DNA of 63,252 bases, counting the filler, from Octopus bimaculoides (lineage: Eukaryota), in assembly GCF_001194135.2 (NCBI RefSeq). It is 6 parts of 4 records of this genome, joined end to end, with 100 filler letters (N's around TTAATTAATTAA, not from the genome) between each part and the next. Parts side by side here need not be neighbours in the genome. Positions count along the whole stretch, not along the records: positions 34,246 to 39,531 come from NC_068988.1; positions 39,632 to 44,468 come from NC_068983.1; positions 44,569 to 63,252 come from NC_068983.1; 3 more parts are not named here. One strand, written 5' to 3'. The notes under the pieces were generated by a model. That model made no database searches. It saw only the letters and a program-made list of their open reading frames with translations, and was not told the DNA's origin. Positions 39,421 through 52,470 of the stretch are shown here, piece after piece (positions within the stretch are counted from its first letter, which is position 1; each line of letters begins with the position of its first letter). The position numbers and the translations under genes were made by a program.

Positions 39421-39531
39421 ATCATTTCTTATAAAAGAATCCATTACTTATTATTAATCATTTTAAAACTCAGAGTTTCAAATTTTAATTTGATTTGTAA
39501 ATTTATAAATTTTATTTACAAATTGATAAAT

Positions 39532-39631
39532 NNNNNNNNNNNNNNNNNNNNNNNNNNNNNNNNNNNNNNNNNNNNTTAATTAATTAANNNNNNNNNNNNN
39601 NNNNNNNNNNNNNNNNNNNNNNNNNNNNNNN
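39532..39631. other. Artificial 100-bp join spacer N44-TTAATTAATTAA-N44
   Basis: Same layout. Confidence 0.9.
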
Positions 39632-39956
39632 AATTGCTTCATCAGAAATTGCCGTCCTAGCTCTTGCTAAAAGGGATTACCCTGCTATGTATAATCAGGG
39701 CAGCGCAAAAAGTTGTTTTGCACAAGCATTTCTATAGCCAATTACACGGATGAAATTTACGTACGCTTAATAATTTTACGCAAAACAGCCTTCAGACTTT
39801 CCCTATTAATTTCATCGTCTTTTGAATTATGAACATATTTACATCATAAGGGTTTTTTCGTTGTAAGGCTTTCTTTTTTAGTTGATTTTCAGCTAGCAAG
39901 ACTTATCGTAGATGGCATAATAAGTCACACCCGGACAAGGTCGGGTTATACTGCTA

Positions 39957-39957
<1 letters not shown>
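39632..39957 (+). mobile_element. Probable Helitron 3' terminus
   Basis: GC-rich hairpin ACCCGGACAAGGTCGGGT (39929-39946), 7 nt, then CTAG (39954-39957) followed by T of a (TA)n run. The 5' end is lost at the spacer. Confidence 0.55.
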
Positions 39958-39996
<39 letters not shown>

Positions 39997-40819
39997 CGAG
40001 TTAGAGAGGCATACACATATAGGCACACACACACACTTTTGTGTGACCCTATGTGTGCAAGTGTGACTATGAGTGCACGCTGTGTCTGTATGTGCGTGTC
40101 TACACACACGTATATATAGGTTTCTGTGTCTGTATATGCGTGTGTATACTTATGGACGTCTATGTATGCGCTCGTGTATGTATGTGAATATGTATATGCG
40201 TGTGTACGCGCACGTACATACATAAGATTGTACCTTTGTGTGTCTGTGTCTGTGTGTGTGCGTCTGTGTACGTGTGGGGCGGGATCGGTACGTGGGTAAA
40301 TAGGGAGAAATGTGTACCTGTACTTGAGCAGAGTGACACCAATCTGAATATGGACGAGCGTATGTCTATATGTATGTGAGTGAATGGATGTCTGTGCTTA
40401 TTGACAGGGTGACTGATGTCTGTGGATATGCATGTATGTGTATACGTGTGTATGCGTGAATGTATGCAAGCGTGCGCGCACGCGTATACATATGAATGTG
40501 TGTGTCCGTGCGTGTGTCTAAAACGTTGGCAACCACAAGGTCTAAAGACCTGAATCTGACCATGGCGTTATGCTTGACTAACCTAGTCACCAGACATCAA
40601 AGGCTTTCTCACGCTGAACCGTTCAACCTAATGCCCCTCCTTGGATAGTAGATTCTTTATATTTTTTATGTCTTATTCTTTAGCAATAAATTCTTAGAGA
40701 GATTTTAGAACTCTATATATATAAACTTAGATAAGCTTAGATATGTTTAGACCAAAGATTGGTCCAGGCCATGTCTAACTTAATAGTACCACCTGATAGG
40801 ATTATCTAAATCCTTTTTA

Positions 40820-41159
40820 TGTCAAGTTTTGTTTATGGTCCATTCAAGTAGTAGTGAGTTCTTGTTAAGTGAGTTGTATTCAGGTATGGGTGGCTTATCC
40901 GGTATTCCTTGAAAAAATCTGTCTCGACTCCGTTTATTATTTATATTATTATATGATCGAACGCCACTCATCCTTTTCCAAGTAAGTTTTATCTTAATAA
41001 TTACGATGCGCACTCTTCTCGTATCTCTTCTATCTCTTCTCTGTTTATCTCTCTCCCTATCTTGTTCTTTCATTCTGTTTTTCTCTCCCACCCTTTCCCT
41101 ATTCTTCTCTTCTCCTCTCTCTCTGTCACTCTTCCTCCTTGACTCCCTCGTCGCTGACA
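40820..41159 (-). mobile_element. Possible solo-LTR-like element
   Basis: TGTCA...TGACA termini, 340 bp, minus-strand AATAAA; no TSD or PBS seen. Confidence 0.3.
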
Positions 41160-41722
41160 CGTGACGAAAGGCGATCTATCTTTCTTTCTTCCACTTCCTT
41201 CTTAAAGACAAGACGTGCTTTTACCTGTCTCTTCTCATAGCTCGTCTTTCTGGCGTTCATAATTGTCCACATCGTCTTGGCTTAACAGCCCTCACCGTTT
41301 GTTTTTACCGTTTTGTTCTCGCTGTCCTGTTTTTGTTACCACTTTCACCTTCCGCAAAAAATCTCAAATTTTATTTTTAATTTGCTTTGCGAAGGACTGT
41401 TTCAACGAAGTCGCGTATTGTCCTTACCTTCGAAACGTGGAGTAGATGAAACAGGGACAACTGATGAAGGGAATGTTCTTTATGTTGCATGTCTCGGTTC
41501 TCTGTTTTTTTCGTTGTTCGAAAAAAGTACGTTTTCTATGTTTTTGTTTTTATGATTCCGTTTCTCTTTGAGTCTACGTTTATTTTATGTCTTGTACCCG
41601 TATATGCATGTATATATACATATATATATGTAGGTATGTACATATATATGCATATATTTATATATTATTTATATTACTATATGATCGAACGCCACGCATC
41701 CTTTTCCAAGTAAGTTTTATCT
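40935..41722. repeat. 60-bp direct repeat pair (40935-40994, 41663-41722)
   Basis: 58/60 identical, offset 728 bp. Confidence 0.9.
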
Positions 41723-41727
41723 ATAGA

Positions 41728-41785
<58 letters not shown>

Positions 41786-42599
41786 NNNNNNNNNNNNNNN
41801 NNNNNNNNNNNNNNNNNNNNNNNNNNNNNNNNNNNNNNNNNNNNNNNNNNNNNNNNNNNNNNNNNNNNNNNNNNNNNNNNNNNNNNNNNNNNNNNNNNNN
41901 NNNNNNNNNNNNNNNNNNNNNNNNNNNNNNNNNNNNNNNNNNNNNNNNNNNNNNNNNNNNNNNNNNNNNNNNNNNNNNNNNNNNNNNNNNNNNNNNNNNN
42001 NNNNNNNNNNNNNNNNNNNNNNNNNNNNNNNNNNNNNNNNNNNNNNNNNNNNNNNNNNNNNNNNNNNNNNNNNNNNNNNNNNNNNNNNNNNNNNNNNNNN
42101 NNNNNNNNNNNNNNNNNNNNNNNNNNNNNNNNNNNNNNNNNNNNNNNNNNNNNNNNNNNNNNNNNNNNNNNNNNNNNNNNNNNNNNNNNNNNNNNNNNNN
42201 NNNNNNNNNNNNNNNNNNNNNNNNNNNNNNNNNNNNNNNNNNNNNNNNNNNNNNNNNNNNNNNNNNNNNNNNNNNNNNNNNNNNNNNNNNNNNNNNNNNN
42301 NNNNNNNNNNNNNNNNNNNNNNNNNNNNNNNNNNNNNNNNNNNNNNNNNNNNNNNNNNNNNNNNNNNNNNNNNNNNNNNNNNNNNNNNNNNNNNNNNNNN
42401 NNNNNNNNNNNNNNNNNNNNNNNNNNNNNNNNNNNNNNNNNNNNNNNNNNNNNNNNNNNNNNNNNNNNNNNNNNNNNNNNNNNNNNNNNNNNNNNNNNNN
42501 NNNNNNNNNNNNNNNNNNNNNNNNNNNNNNNNNNNNNNNNNNNNNNNNNNNNNNNNNNNNNNNNNNNNNNNNNNNNNNNNNNNNNNNNNNNNNNNNNNN

Positions 42600-44468
42600 C
42601 CCCGGCTCACAGATTTTGGTATAAACCCGTTCTGCTGCCAGTTGATGTAGACGCATGACAGTAGGTGCCCAAACAAGTCAGGCATTCTGTAATAAAGCCC
42701 GTAAGGAAGACCATCCAGTCCCGGCGACTTGTCCCCGCCGCAGTCCGATAAGCCCTCCTCCACCTCCGCAGCTATGATCGGTCCCTCATAGCATTCTGCT
42801 TCCCGCCCTGAGAGACGCGTCAAATCGGCGAGAAAGTCCGTGAGGTCCTTCCGGTGCTCCGGTCCACCGCCCCTTCCGAAAACCTGGGCGAAATGCTCCT
42901 GAAAAACCTTATACATTCCCTCGGGTTTGGTTATCAAATGCTCCTGCTGATCCGTCAAAGACCTTATTGTGCCATCATTTCCACGTTGGGTCTCTACCTC
43001 ACGGGCCCATCGGACAGCGTTGGTTCCTTCTCGTCCCACTGCACGTAGCTTAGATCTGACAATGCACCCATCGTGTTTAGCCTCGAGGTGTTGCTTTAGC
43101 GCCAATCTCGTGACTACCACTTGGGACGCATTGCTAACTTTCTGCTAAACCTATCAGACTCAAACTTGATGGCTCTTTTGAGGGCATACCACCATTTATT
43201 ATTAATAATGGTATCAGTTAATGCCCTTAAAACTAACTTCCTAATCAGATTCCTGTACTCTTCACAATCCAGGAGGGACTTGTTGAATTTCCAGTAGCCG
43301 GATCCCTGTCTACGTAATGTATCTAAGTTCAATCTACAGGTCACAAATTTGTGATCACTGTAGCAGGCGTGATGGAAACATGGATACAACTAAATCTTTA
43401 TCTAGTTTCCTAACAATAATTCTATCTGGGTAAGACCTAGAAGATCCGTTGCTATTAGACCAGGTCCACACTGGAACGTCCGGAAATTCTAGTGTGTAAC
43501 GGTTTGCCTAACAACACTAAAGTGTGTGATGTGCCTAGAAAATTTTCAAGACTTCGAAAAAGTCGGACTGTCCCACTCTACATGGAGCGTATTCAGCCAC
43601 CAATCTGAAGGACTTACCACTTCTGTGACTCACATCAACGACGACCAGCCTGTCCTTCGGGTCAACAAAGATCGTTCTTACCAATAACTTTAAAGCCTTC
43701 CTGAGAAGAACCACGACGCCACCCACCCCCTGCCGGTTGACATGGAGAAATAATTTTTTCGTAGTCGTTTAGCAAGGGTGAGAATGCCTGCAGTCCACTC
43801 AGTCTAGCTTCAGTAATAACAACATCCAGTCTATGCGACCTGAGATCGTTACAGAGGTAACCCTGCTTTCAGATCGATCCCAGGCCGCGCACATTTATAC
43901 ACTCAACATTTAGGGAAGCCAAAAAAATCGGGCTTACCTTTATTGGAGGAAGGCTAACCCTCCTCATCATCCGTGGTCTGTAGGGACACGTTGATGAGTC
44001 TTTTATACAGCGCTGTCGAGAAGTTTTTTCTTAGAGGGCCAACTTCCTCTTGAAATGATTTTTTTAAAACGTTTGTGGTTGACCCTATCGATGTAGATAA
44101 AATGTATGTGGGTGGGAACGTTACTGATATCAGGACTAATAAAAGTTTGTACGTTTTGTAAAGTGGTAATTTCATTTTTTTAATTTTCATTGTTTGCATC
44201 ATACGCAATGATATAACTTTTTTGAGGAGTGGGGTGAGAAGTTTGAGGGTTCTGCGTGTTTGCGTGTGTGTTTGTAATTGCGAGGGGAAGGGGAGATTAG
44301 TATTAAAGGTAGAGGGTGGGGACTAGTGACTGTGGGAGCCGTTTGGGTGTCAATGTCTGGGCATGGGCTGGGGACTAGTCTCCGCAGAAGAAAGGTGAGA
44401 TCTTTTCTTTTTCCTCCTGGATATTGTACTCCATTCACTGTCCAAGGCTTGTGTCTCTTTTCTTTTCA
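42600..44468 (-). mobile_element. Tx1/L1-clade LINE, decayed: ORF1 tail, APE endonuclease, linker and start of RT
   Basis: APE motifs ECINVRGL, GGVVVLL...RLVVVDV...RLVAEYAP and SDHKFV followed by GYWKFNKSLL; linker GCIVRSK; RT start DKSPGLDGLPYGLY...NWQQNGFIPKS. Frameshifts and stops are present; the RT continues into the N gap. Confidence 0.88.
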
Positions 44469-44568
44469 NNNNNNNNNNNNNNNNNNNNNNNNNNNNNNNN
44501 NNNNNNNNNNNNTTAATTAATTAANNNNNNNNNNNNNNNNNNNNNNNNNNNNNNNNNNNNNNNNNNNN
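44469..44568. other. Artificial 100-bp join spacer N44-TTAATTAATTAA-N44
   Basis: Same layout. Confidence 0.9.
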
Positions 44569-44870
44569 TAAAGTGTTGATACCCATTATCTTGTTTTTAG
44601 CATTGAGCTCTGTTTTTAGTATTGATCTAACTCGTCTATAGTACTCTTTCTTTATTTTTTCTTTCATTTGTGTATGTTGTATCCTATCTAGTTCATTGAC
44701 TCCTAAATACTTATATGGTTGGCTTTCGTCTAGTTCTCTTATTTCATTGGCTTTATCTAGTGTTATATTGCTACTTTTAACTAATTTTCCTCTTTTCAGG
44801 GTTGCTTTGGCACATTTTTCTAATCCGAATTTCATTTCTATTTCCTTGGTAAAGCCGTGTACTGTCTGTA
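44569..44870 (-). mobile_element. R4/Dong-like LINE RT fragment, 5'-truncated at an (AAT)n tract
   Basis: Open frame IEMKFGLEKCAKATLKRGKL...YKYLGVNE...MKEKIKKEYYRRVRSILKTELNAKNKIMGINT (RT domains 6-7 and thumb of RLE-type elements). Confidence 0.8.
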
Positions 44871-44910
<40 letters not shown>

Positions 44911-45125
44911 GAGCTGGCAGTATCGTTTGCACAAAATGTTCAATGACTTTTCTTCCGAATTTACGTTCAGAGTTCAAATGTCACAGGGATCGACTTGCCT
45001 TTCATTTTTTCAGGATCGATGAAATAAGTACCAGTTGAGTATTGGGAGTGGAGTCGATGTAATCGACTTATCCCCTCCCTCAAAATTTCTGGCCTTGAGC
45101 CACACTTTGAAACCATCATTATTAA
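44911..45125 (+). mobile_element. SINE family A, decayed
   Basis: GAGCTGGCAGTATCG...AGAGTTCAAATG...GATGAAATAAGTACCAG...GTCGATGTAATCGAC...AAAATTTCTGGCCTTG. Confidence 0.8.
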
Positions 45126-45441
45126 TATCTGTGCATTGGCACAATTGCTAGGTCATAAAAAAAATGACATGCGGCTCTTTCAATTCCGAAAGTCACAAAA
45201 CTCCGATGTCCATTTTGTTTTGCTTCAGCATTTAAGTATTCAACAGACTCAATCATTTTCAAAATTGCTGACCTTCTGCTTAAATAAGAAACGATTATTT
45301 ATGATATAAGAAGTCTAGATAGAAACTTTCTCATTAATATGGAATATCGTATTTTTTCTTATTTTGGTTTATTTTTATATAAATTTAAATTCTTCTCTCT
45401 GGCGTTGATTGTTTTGTTGTTGCGTATAATTGTTGTTCTAT

Positions 45442-45473
<32 letters not shown>

Positions 45474-45685
45474 TGTTGTTGTTGTTGTTGTTGTAAGTGT
45501 GCTGGTGGTGCTGGTAGCGGTGTCGGCGGCGGAGACGGTCGTGTTTTCTCCCCGACCTTCGTTTCCCGCTCATATTTGTCACTATAGCTTTAACTGTCCA
45601 CATCACTGGTGCTGTCATCACATTCATTAAATTCCTATTAACCACACCTTCCAGTTTCTCTAATTCCTTTCTTTTGACACACACA

Positions 45686-45723
<38 letters not shown>

Positions 45724-46278
45724 NNNNNNNNNNGACAATCTCTAAATCTACCAGCAATATTTTTTGTTCTTTTTTTATGAAACATTTCAAGAAAGTGACA
45801 AAAAATATTTCAAATGACACTTTTTAAAAATATTTCGTTTTAAAATTGCATTCATCAAACAAAAAACAACGGAAATCAACGTATATGTGTGTGCATGTAT
45901 GTGTGTGTGCATGTATGTGTACGTGCTTGGTTATTACACACGCATTGGTATGTATGAGTGTGTGTGTGTGTGTCTGTGTGTGTGCATGCGTGTGTGTGCG
46001 CATGTGTGCGTGTGTGAGTGTATTTGCGCGCGCGCACGATACGTGCAAAGGTATACAAAAATACACACACACACGTATATATATAAATGCATATACAAAT
46101 ATATATATACATATAAACGCACCTACATACACATATATTTATATATTATATATAAATGTGTGTGTGTGTGTGTGTGTATTCTAATCTTATACAACATTTA
46201 AATATACGAAACAATTTCAGAAATACTGACACTTACACATATATACATACTCACATATATACCCCCACCCACACACAC

Positions 46279-46351
<73 letters not shown>

Positions 46352-46959
46352 TAGATATACACATACATAAATACATACATATACAGATATATATATATAT
46401 ATAGACATATGCAAATATGTATTTATATTTATATATAGAGAGAGACATATATATATGTATGTATATTTGCATATATGTATGTATACATATACGTTTACTT
46501 ATATATGCATTTAGATATATACATATATTGACTTATAAGTGAGTGTATGTAAGTATGTATTTATGTATGTATAGAAAACAAAGAGCATCGAAATCAGTAT
46601 TTGTTGTTTTTGTTTCCTATTTGTTTTTTATTTTTCACTTTTTAATTTTTTTTTTTTTTTCATCGAGACAATTTTAATGATAGAATATTCGAATATTGAG
46701 ATAAAATTATTTAAAAATTTATCCATATTTACTGTTCTGCTGCATGATATGCAGTAGGGTAGTGCTGGTCAATTGTGATAAAACCTCTGGGACTAAGTTG
46801 CTGTCAGCAGATAACGACGAAGTTCTGTGGAGAAAGCTTCTCCTTACATTTCTACTGATGCTTCACAAAATGTCGATCCTATATTGGTCCATGTCAAAAA
46901 TTACATGCTTACAGATATGCTTTCTGTCACCGCCTTGATGTGTTTTAGTCGTACAGACC

Positions 46960-47240
46960 GACCTGTTTCATATGTTTAAAGTTTGGTACTTATTTTACCG
47001 TTCTTTATTGCCGAACCGCTACGTTACGAAGGCGTAAAGGAAGTAATATTGGTTGGCCAGCGACTGTGGGGATAAATGTACACGCAAGAACACACACATA
47101 TGCGATTGGCTTCCCTACAGTTTCCGTCTAGAAGACATTGGCTTGCCTAAGTTTTAGTAGAAGACTATATACTTGCCCAAGATTTCGCGTTGTGGGACTG
47201 AACCCGAAACTATAAGATCGTAAAGCGAGTTTCTAAACCA
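46960..47240 (-). mobile_element. CORE-type SINE (family B), decayed
   Basis: GGTACTTATT...GCCGAACCGCTA.GTTACG...CAGTTTCCGTCTA...CTTGCCCAAG...GTGGGACTGAACCCGAAAC. Confidence 0.75.
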
Positions 47241-47409
47241 TACATATATAATGCGTATATACAAATATACGTATAACTTATACGTATGCTAAATTTTGCC
47301 CATATTCAAGAGAAGTTAATTTTGAATTCTCCTTTGCAAAGTCAGATGTCACTTTACCTGGAAAGAAATAGAGCAGTTGTTAATAAGAAGTAATAAAATT
47401 AATCCTTTC

Positions 47410-47620
47410 AATTATAGGCACAAAGCTTGAAATTTCGTGGGAAGGAAGCTAGTCGATTGCACCAATACCAGCACCTGACTGGTGTTTATTTCATCAATCC
47501 CGAAAGGATGAAAGCCAAAGTCGACCACGGCGGGATTTGAACTCAAAACGTAATGACTGGTAAAATACCGCTAAGCATTTTCCCCGGCGTGCTAAAGATT
47601 CTGCCAGTTCACTGCCTTAA
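47410..47620 (-). mobile_element. SINE family A, near full length
   Basis: TATAGGCACAAAGC...CCCGAAAGGATGAAAGCCAAAGTCGACC...AATACCGCTAAGCATTT...GCTAAAGATTCTGCCAGTTCACTGCCTTAA. Confidence 0.85.
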
Positions 47621-47768
47621 GTGTTTTACAGCTCTAACGTCACTCCTTCATAATTAGACTATGAACTTTTCAGTACACAGTCATGTGTGTGCGTGTGTGT
47701 GTGCGCGTGTGTGTGTGTGTGTGTCTGTGTGTCTGTGTGTCTGTGCTGGTGTGTATGTGCATAAAGAC

Positions 47769-47818
<50 letters not shown>

Positions 47819-48363
47819 GCATGCATTCATACATACATACATACATACATACAACCATATGATAAAGTCATGAATATTACTTTTGTCATGAGGAAATCGC
47901 CTAGATTATATATCCCAGTTAACTTACATACATACATACATACATATATGTGCATTTATATATGTATGTATGTATGCTATACTTTTTATAGCGAGGCTAA
48001 ATTCCATGTTTATTAAAATATAACTTAAATTTTAATCTATCGCAAAATTTAGGATGTAACTCAATATCCGTTTCTTCTCAGCTATACATAAATTACATAT
48101 TTTTTTGTCACATTGTCGCATGGCCTGAAAACTTTTCCCTTTATCAGAATTAGAGTGCTTTTCAAATAAATAAATGTTTCATTGAAATTGTGTATTCTTA
48201 TTTTCAGCATGTTATAAGTTAATATATATTTGAAATAACGTTTCTTAAACCAAAGTTTCTTCATACCAATGTGTGCACTCTGTAGTGTGGTTTAATTTAC
48301 TACACCATATGTATTATCATTTCTAAATTGCATTACTTATTTATGGGCATATATTAGTGTATT

Positions 48364-48615
48364 TGTGGAGGCGCGTGACATAGTGGTTAGGGTGTCAGCA
48401 TAATGATCGTAAGATTGTGGTTTCGATTCCTGGACTGCGCGACGCGTTGTGTTCCTGAGTCAAACACTTCATTTCACGTTGTTCCAGTCCACTCAGCTGG
48501 CAAAAATGAGTAGCGTTGCGATGGACTGGTGTCCCGTCCAGCTGGGGAACACATACGACATTGAAACCGGGAAACCGGGCCCATGACCCTGGCTAGGCTT
48601 TAAAAGGGCACATTT
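48364..48615 (+). mobile_element. SINE with family C head and V-domain-like 3' part
   Basis: The head is homologous to 10385-10577 and 35175-35470, but the 3' part differs: TGCGATGGACTGGTGTCCCGTCCAGCTGGGG resembles the V-SINE domain (from recall). Confidence 0.7.
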
Positions 48616-49388
48616 ATTATTTATTTATTATTAGTGTATCTGGACGGGCAGTTAGCCTCTGATAACATTCTTCACTAATGTATATTAATACATTTTATGT
48701 CGGGTAGGGGGTTCACCTGTAATTCATATTTTGACTTTTTGCACGGTTGAACGCTTTTCTGTAGCAGAAGTTAACTGGAATATGCTTCATTATTATGTTA
48801 AAGAAATAATTAGTAATAGTTACCTAGACAATCAAGAAAAAGGATATCTAAACCTGATGTTGTGGGATGTATTGTTGCATAACTACGTCTTAGTAATCTT
48901 ACATTTGAATCTGTTAATTGTTAAGCATTATTATAATGAGGGAAGAACGCCTTGTCATTTCTTTCATGGGAGGTTGCAGATACTCCTCTGGCGCTATTGA
49001 CTGCATTTCTAAAAGCTGTTGGTGAATGGGTGGTTGGAATCGTTATAAGTCGATGGAAGTTTTTGTATTTATCTGCGATTAAATTTAGAGTATCAGTGAA
49101 GAAATTTACGATACTAAAGTTGGTAGCATAAATATTTTTAAACTGAAAATCTTAAATGGCTTAATAATGTAATTTTTTAAGAGTGTGTGCCCATTGAGCG
49201 CAATCAGTAGCAAGTGTACACTAACAACTGCATCTTGAGATATAAGAATACTGATATAAGAAAAAGCTATAGGAGGTGAATTTAACTCAGTATGCAGTTT
49301 GTAGTAGATGGTTGCCATTCATGACTCTCATAGAAGCAGAAATATGTATGAAGAACTGCTGGACGTTTTTGTCTGCTACCGATATATG

Positions 49389-49442
<54 letters not shown>

Positions 49443-49932
49443 AAAAGCGGTTTTGTATGATTGTGTATAGAGGAATATATATATTATTTAAAAGAGTTCC
49501 AACTCTGTTTTTTATGTTTTATTTATATTCTTGTAAAATTAATGTGGGATATAGAATATAAAATATATAATATATAATATAAAAAAAGATGGATGGTACA
49601 ATGAAATGAAGTATTGAATGTCTTATTGAATATATGGAATATGTCTTATTGAATATATGAAATATTGAGTGTTCAATATAAAGGATTAAATATATAAAGG
49701 CGAATACGTATTTTCTATACCTTGTGGTAGTATTTCATCATGGCCGGTATGACAGACTTTAACAGATATATATATATATCTATGTTTTCTAACAATATAC
49801 GTCTAGAACACAAGCTTTCCTGAGACAAATACCGCAGTTTTCAGGCTTTCAACAGTATATCTGCTTTAAATATAATATATTGATTGCTATTTTGAAAAAT
49901 AGTGCGTCAGAAGCAAGTAACTATTGTGTTGA

Positions 49933-49996
<64 letters not shown>

Positions 49997-51170
49997 CGAG
50001 CACATCTTTTATCTTTTTCTTTGTTTTAATCATTAGACTGCGGCCATGCTGGAGGACTGCTTTGAAGAATATTTAGTCGAATGAATCGACACCATTACAC
50101 AAGCATACACCACATACACACACACACAAACACACACACACACACACACACACANNNNNNNNNNNNNNNNNNNNNNNNNNNNNNNNNNNNNNNNNNNNNN
50201 NNNNNNNNNNNNNNNNNNNNNNNNNNNNNNNNNNNNNNNNNNNNNNNNNNNNNNNNNNNNNNNNNNNNNNNNNNNNNNNNNNNNNNNNNNNNNNNNNNNN
50301 NNNNNNNNNNNNNNNNNNNNNNNNNNNNNNNNNNNNNNNNNNNNNNNNNNNNNNNNNNNNNNNNNNNNNNNNNNNNNNNNNNNNNNNNNNNNNNNNNNNN
50401 NNNNNNNNNNNNNNNNNNNNNNNNNNNNNNNNNNNNNNNNNNNNNNNNNNNNNNNNNNNNNNNNNNNNNNNNNNNNNNNNNNNNNNNNNNNNNNNNNNNN
50501 NNNNNNNNNNNNNNNNNNNNNNNNNNNNNNNNNNNNNNNNNNNNNNNNNNNNNNNNNNNNNNNNNNNNNNNNNNNNNNNNNNNNNNNNNNNNNNNNNNNN
50601 NNNNNNNNNNNNNNNNNNNNNNNNNNNNNNNNNNNNNNNNNNNNNNNNNNNNNNNNNNNNNNNNNNNNNNNNNNNNNNNNNNNNNNNNNNNNNNNNNNNN
50701 NNNNNNNNNNNNNNNNNNNNNNNNNNNNNNNNNNNNNNNNNNNNNNNNNNNNNNNNNNNNNNNNNNNNNNNNNNNNNNNNNNNNNNNNNNNNNNNNNNNN
50801 NNNNNNNNNNNNNNNNNNNNNNNNNNNNNNNNNNNNNNNNNNNNNNNNNNNNNNNNNNNNNNNNNNNNNNNNNNNNNNNNNNNNNNNNNNNNNNNNNNNN
50901 NNNNNNNNNNNNNNNNNNNNNNNNNNNNNNNNNNNNNNNNNNNNNNNNNNNNNNNNNNNNNNNNNNNNNNNNNNNNNNNNNNNNNNNNNNNNTATATATA
51001 TATATACATATGTATACATTCATATAAATATACACATATATGCGTATGTATACATTCATATACATATACACATGTACATGCATACGTACGTACATGCATA
51101 TATATATATACAGATATATTAAATATTTTGTATATGATATACACGCATACATACACACACACGCAACACG

Positions 51171-51203
<33 letters not shown>

Positions 51204-51722
51204 GCAATAAAGTACATAAATATATGTGTGAGTGTATGTGTGTGTGTCTGTGTATATACGTATTTATGAATTTATATATGTATGAAAGTGTATGTGTGTG
51301 TGTGCGCGCGCGCGTGTGTGAATTTTTACACATTCAGCTTTTGATTACATATTAATTAATTAATCTGATAAGAGAAAGAGGCACCCGAACGAACGGATGC
51401 CAACAGCACCATCAACACGATTCACACTACCCACTCCTCTTCACCCTTTTCACACACACTAAATTACCTCTCCTCGACATCAACATTATTACAAACACCA
51501 GCAGTGTCACTGATCTCGTTACCGACCCTACTTTCCCCTTCTTTTTCTTTCTGTCTCTCTTTTTTCTTTTTCTTTTTGTTATATTTCTCCACCGGGTCTG
51601 TGTTTGATGTTGCTTTTGAGTTCTTGAGACACAGTTTCCGAAATAATAGTTAATCGTTAGTGTTCAAACTAACACCCTTATCGTGCTGATGGCAATTTTG
51701 ATGGCAAATATCATAAACTCAC

Positions 51723-51770
<48 letters not shown>

Positions 51771-51910
51771 GTATGTGCTGTGTCTGTGCATGTGTGTATG
51801 TGTGTGTATATATATATATATGTATGTACGCATACATATATGTACTATGTATATATGTATACATATATATTTATCTATATGTAAGTATATATCTATCTAT
51901 GTATCTATAT

Positions 51911-51977
<67 letters not shown>

Positions 51978-52433
51978 TATGTGTGTATGTGTATTTATAT
52001 ATATATATATATACACACACGCGCGCACACATATACTTACATACAAATATATACACAGACACACGCACACATATAGATGCATACACACATCTGCACTAGT
52101 CCACTCCTTGTTCCCCACTCTGCAGTCTCATCTCTTTCTTTTTCTCTTTTTCTTTACTTACGTTCTTTTCACTTCTTCCGTATCTTTTTCGTCATTGTCG
52201 CCGTCGTCATCATCATCATCATCATCATCCTCATCATCGTCGTCGTCGTCATCATCTTGATCTTGATCATCATTACCTGCCCCACCACTATCATGCCTAT
52301 CTACCATCGGTCGACTGCCGTGCTCATTGGTACCACCGCTGCCACCACCACCACCACCACCACCACCACCATCAAAATCATTAACAGCATCAGATGTTTA
52401 GGGTCCCAGACTATAGCTAACAGCCATAACATC

Positions 52434-52470
<37 letters not shown>

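Noticed and set aside
39632-39650. Minus-strand CTGATGA next to a spacer
   Set aside because: The remainder is lost in the artificial join and cannot be evaluated.
41717-43120. 467-aa ORF
   Set aside because: Only 42600-43120 is real LINE sequence; the rest is an 814-nt N gap and (GA)n.
10385-48615. tRNA-like segments at SINE heads
   Set aside because: A/B-box-like motifs only, with no complete cloverleaf; they continue into SINE bodies.
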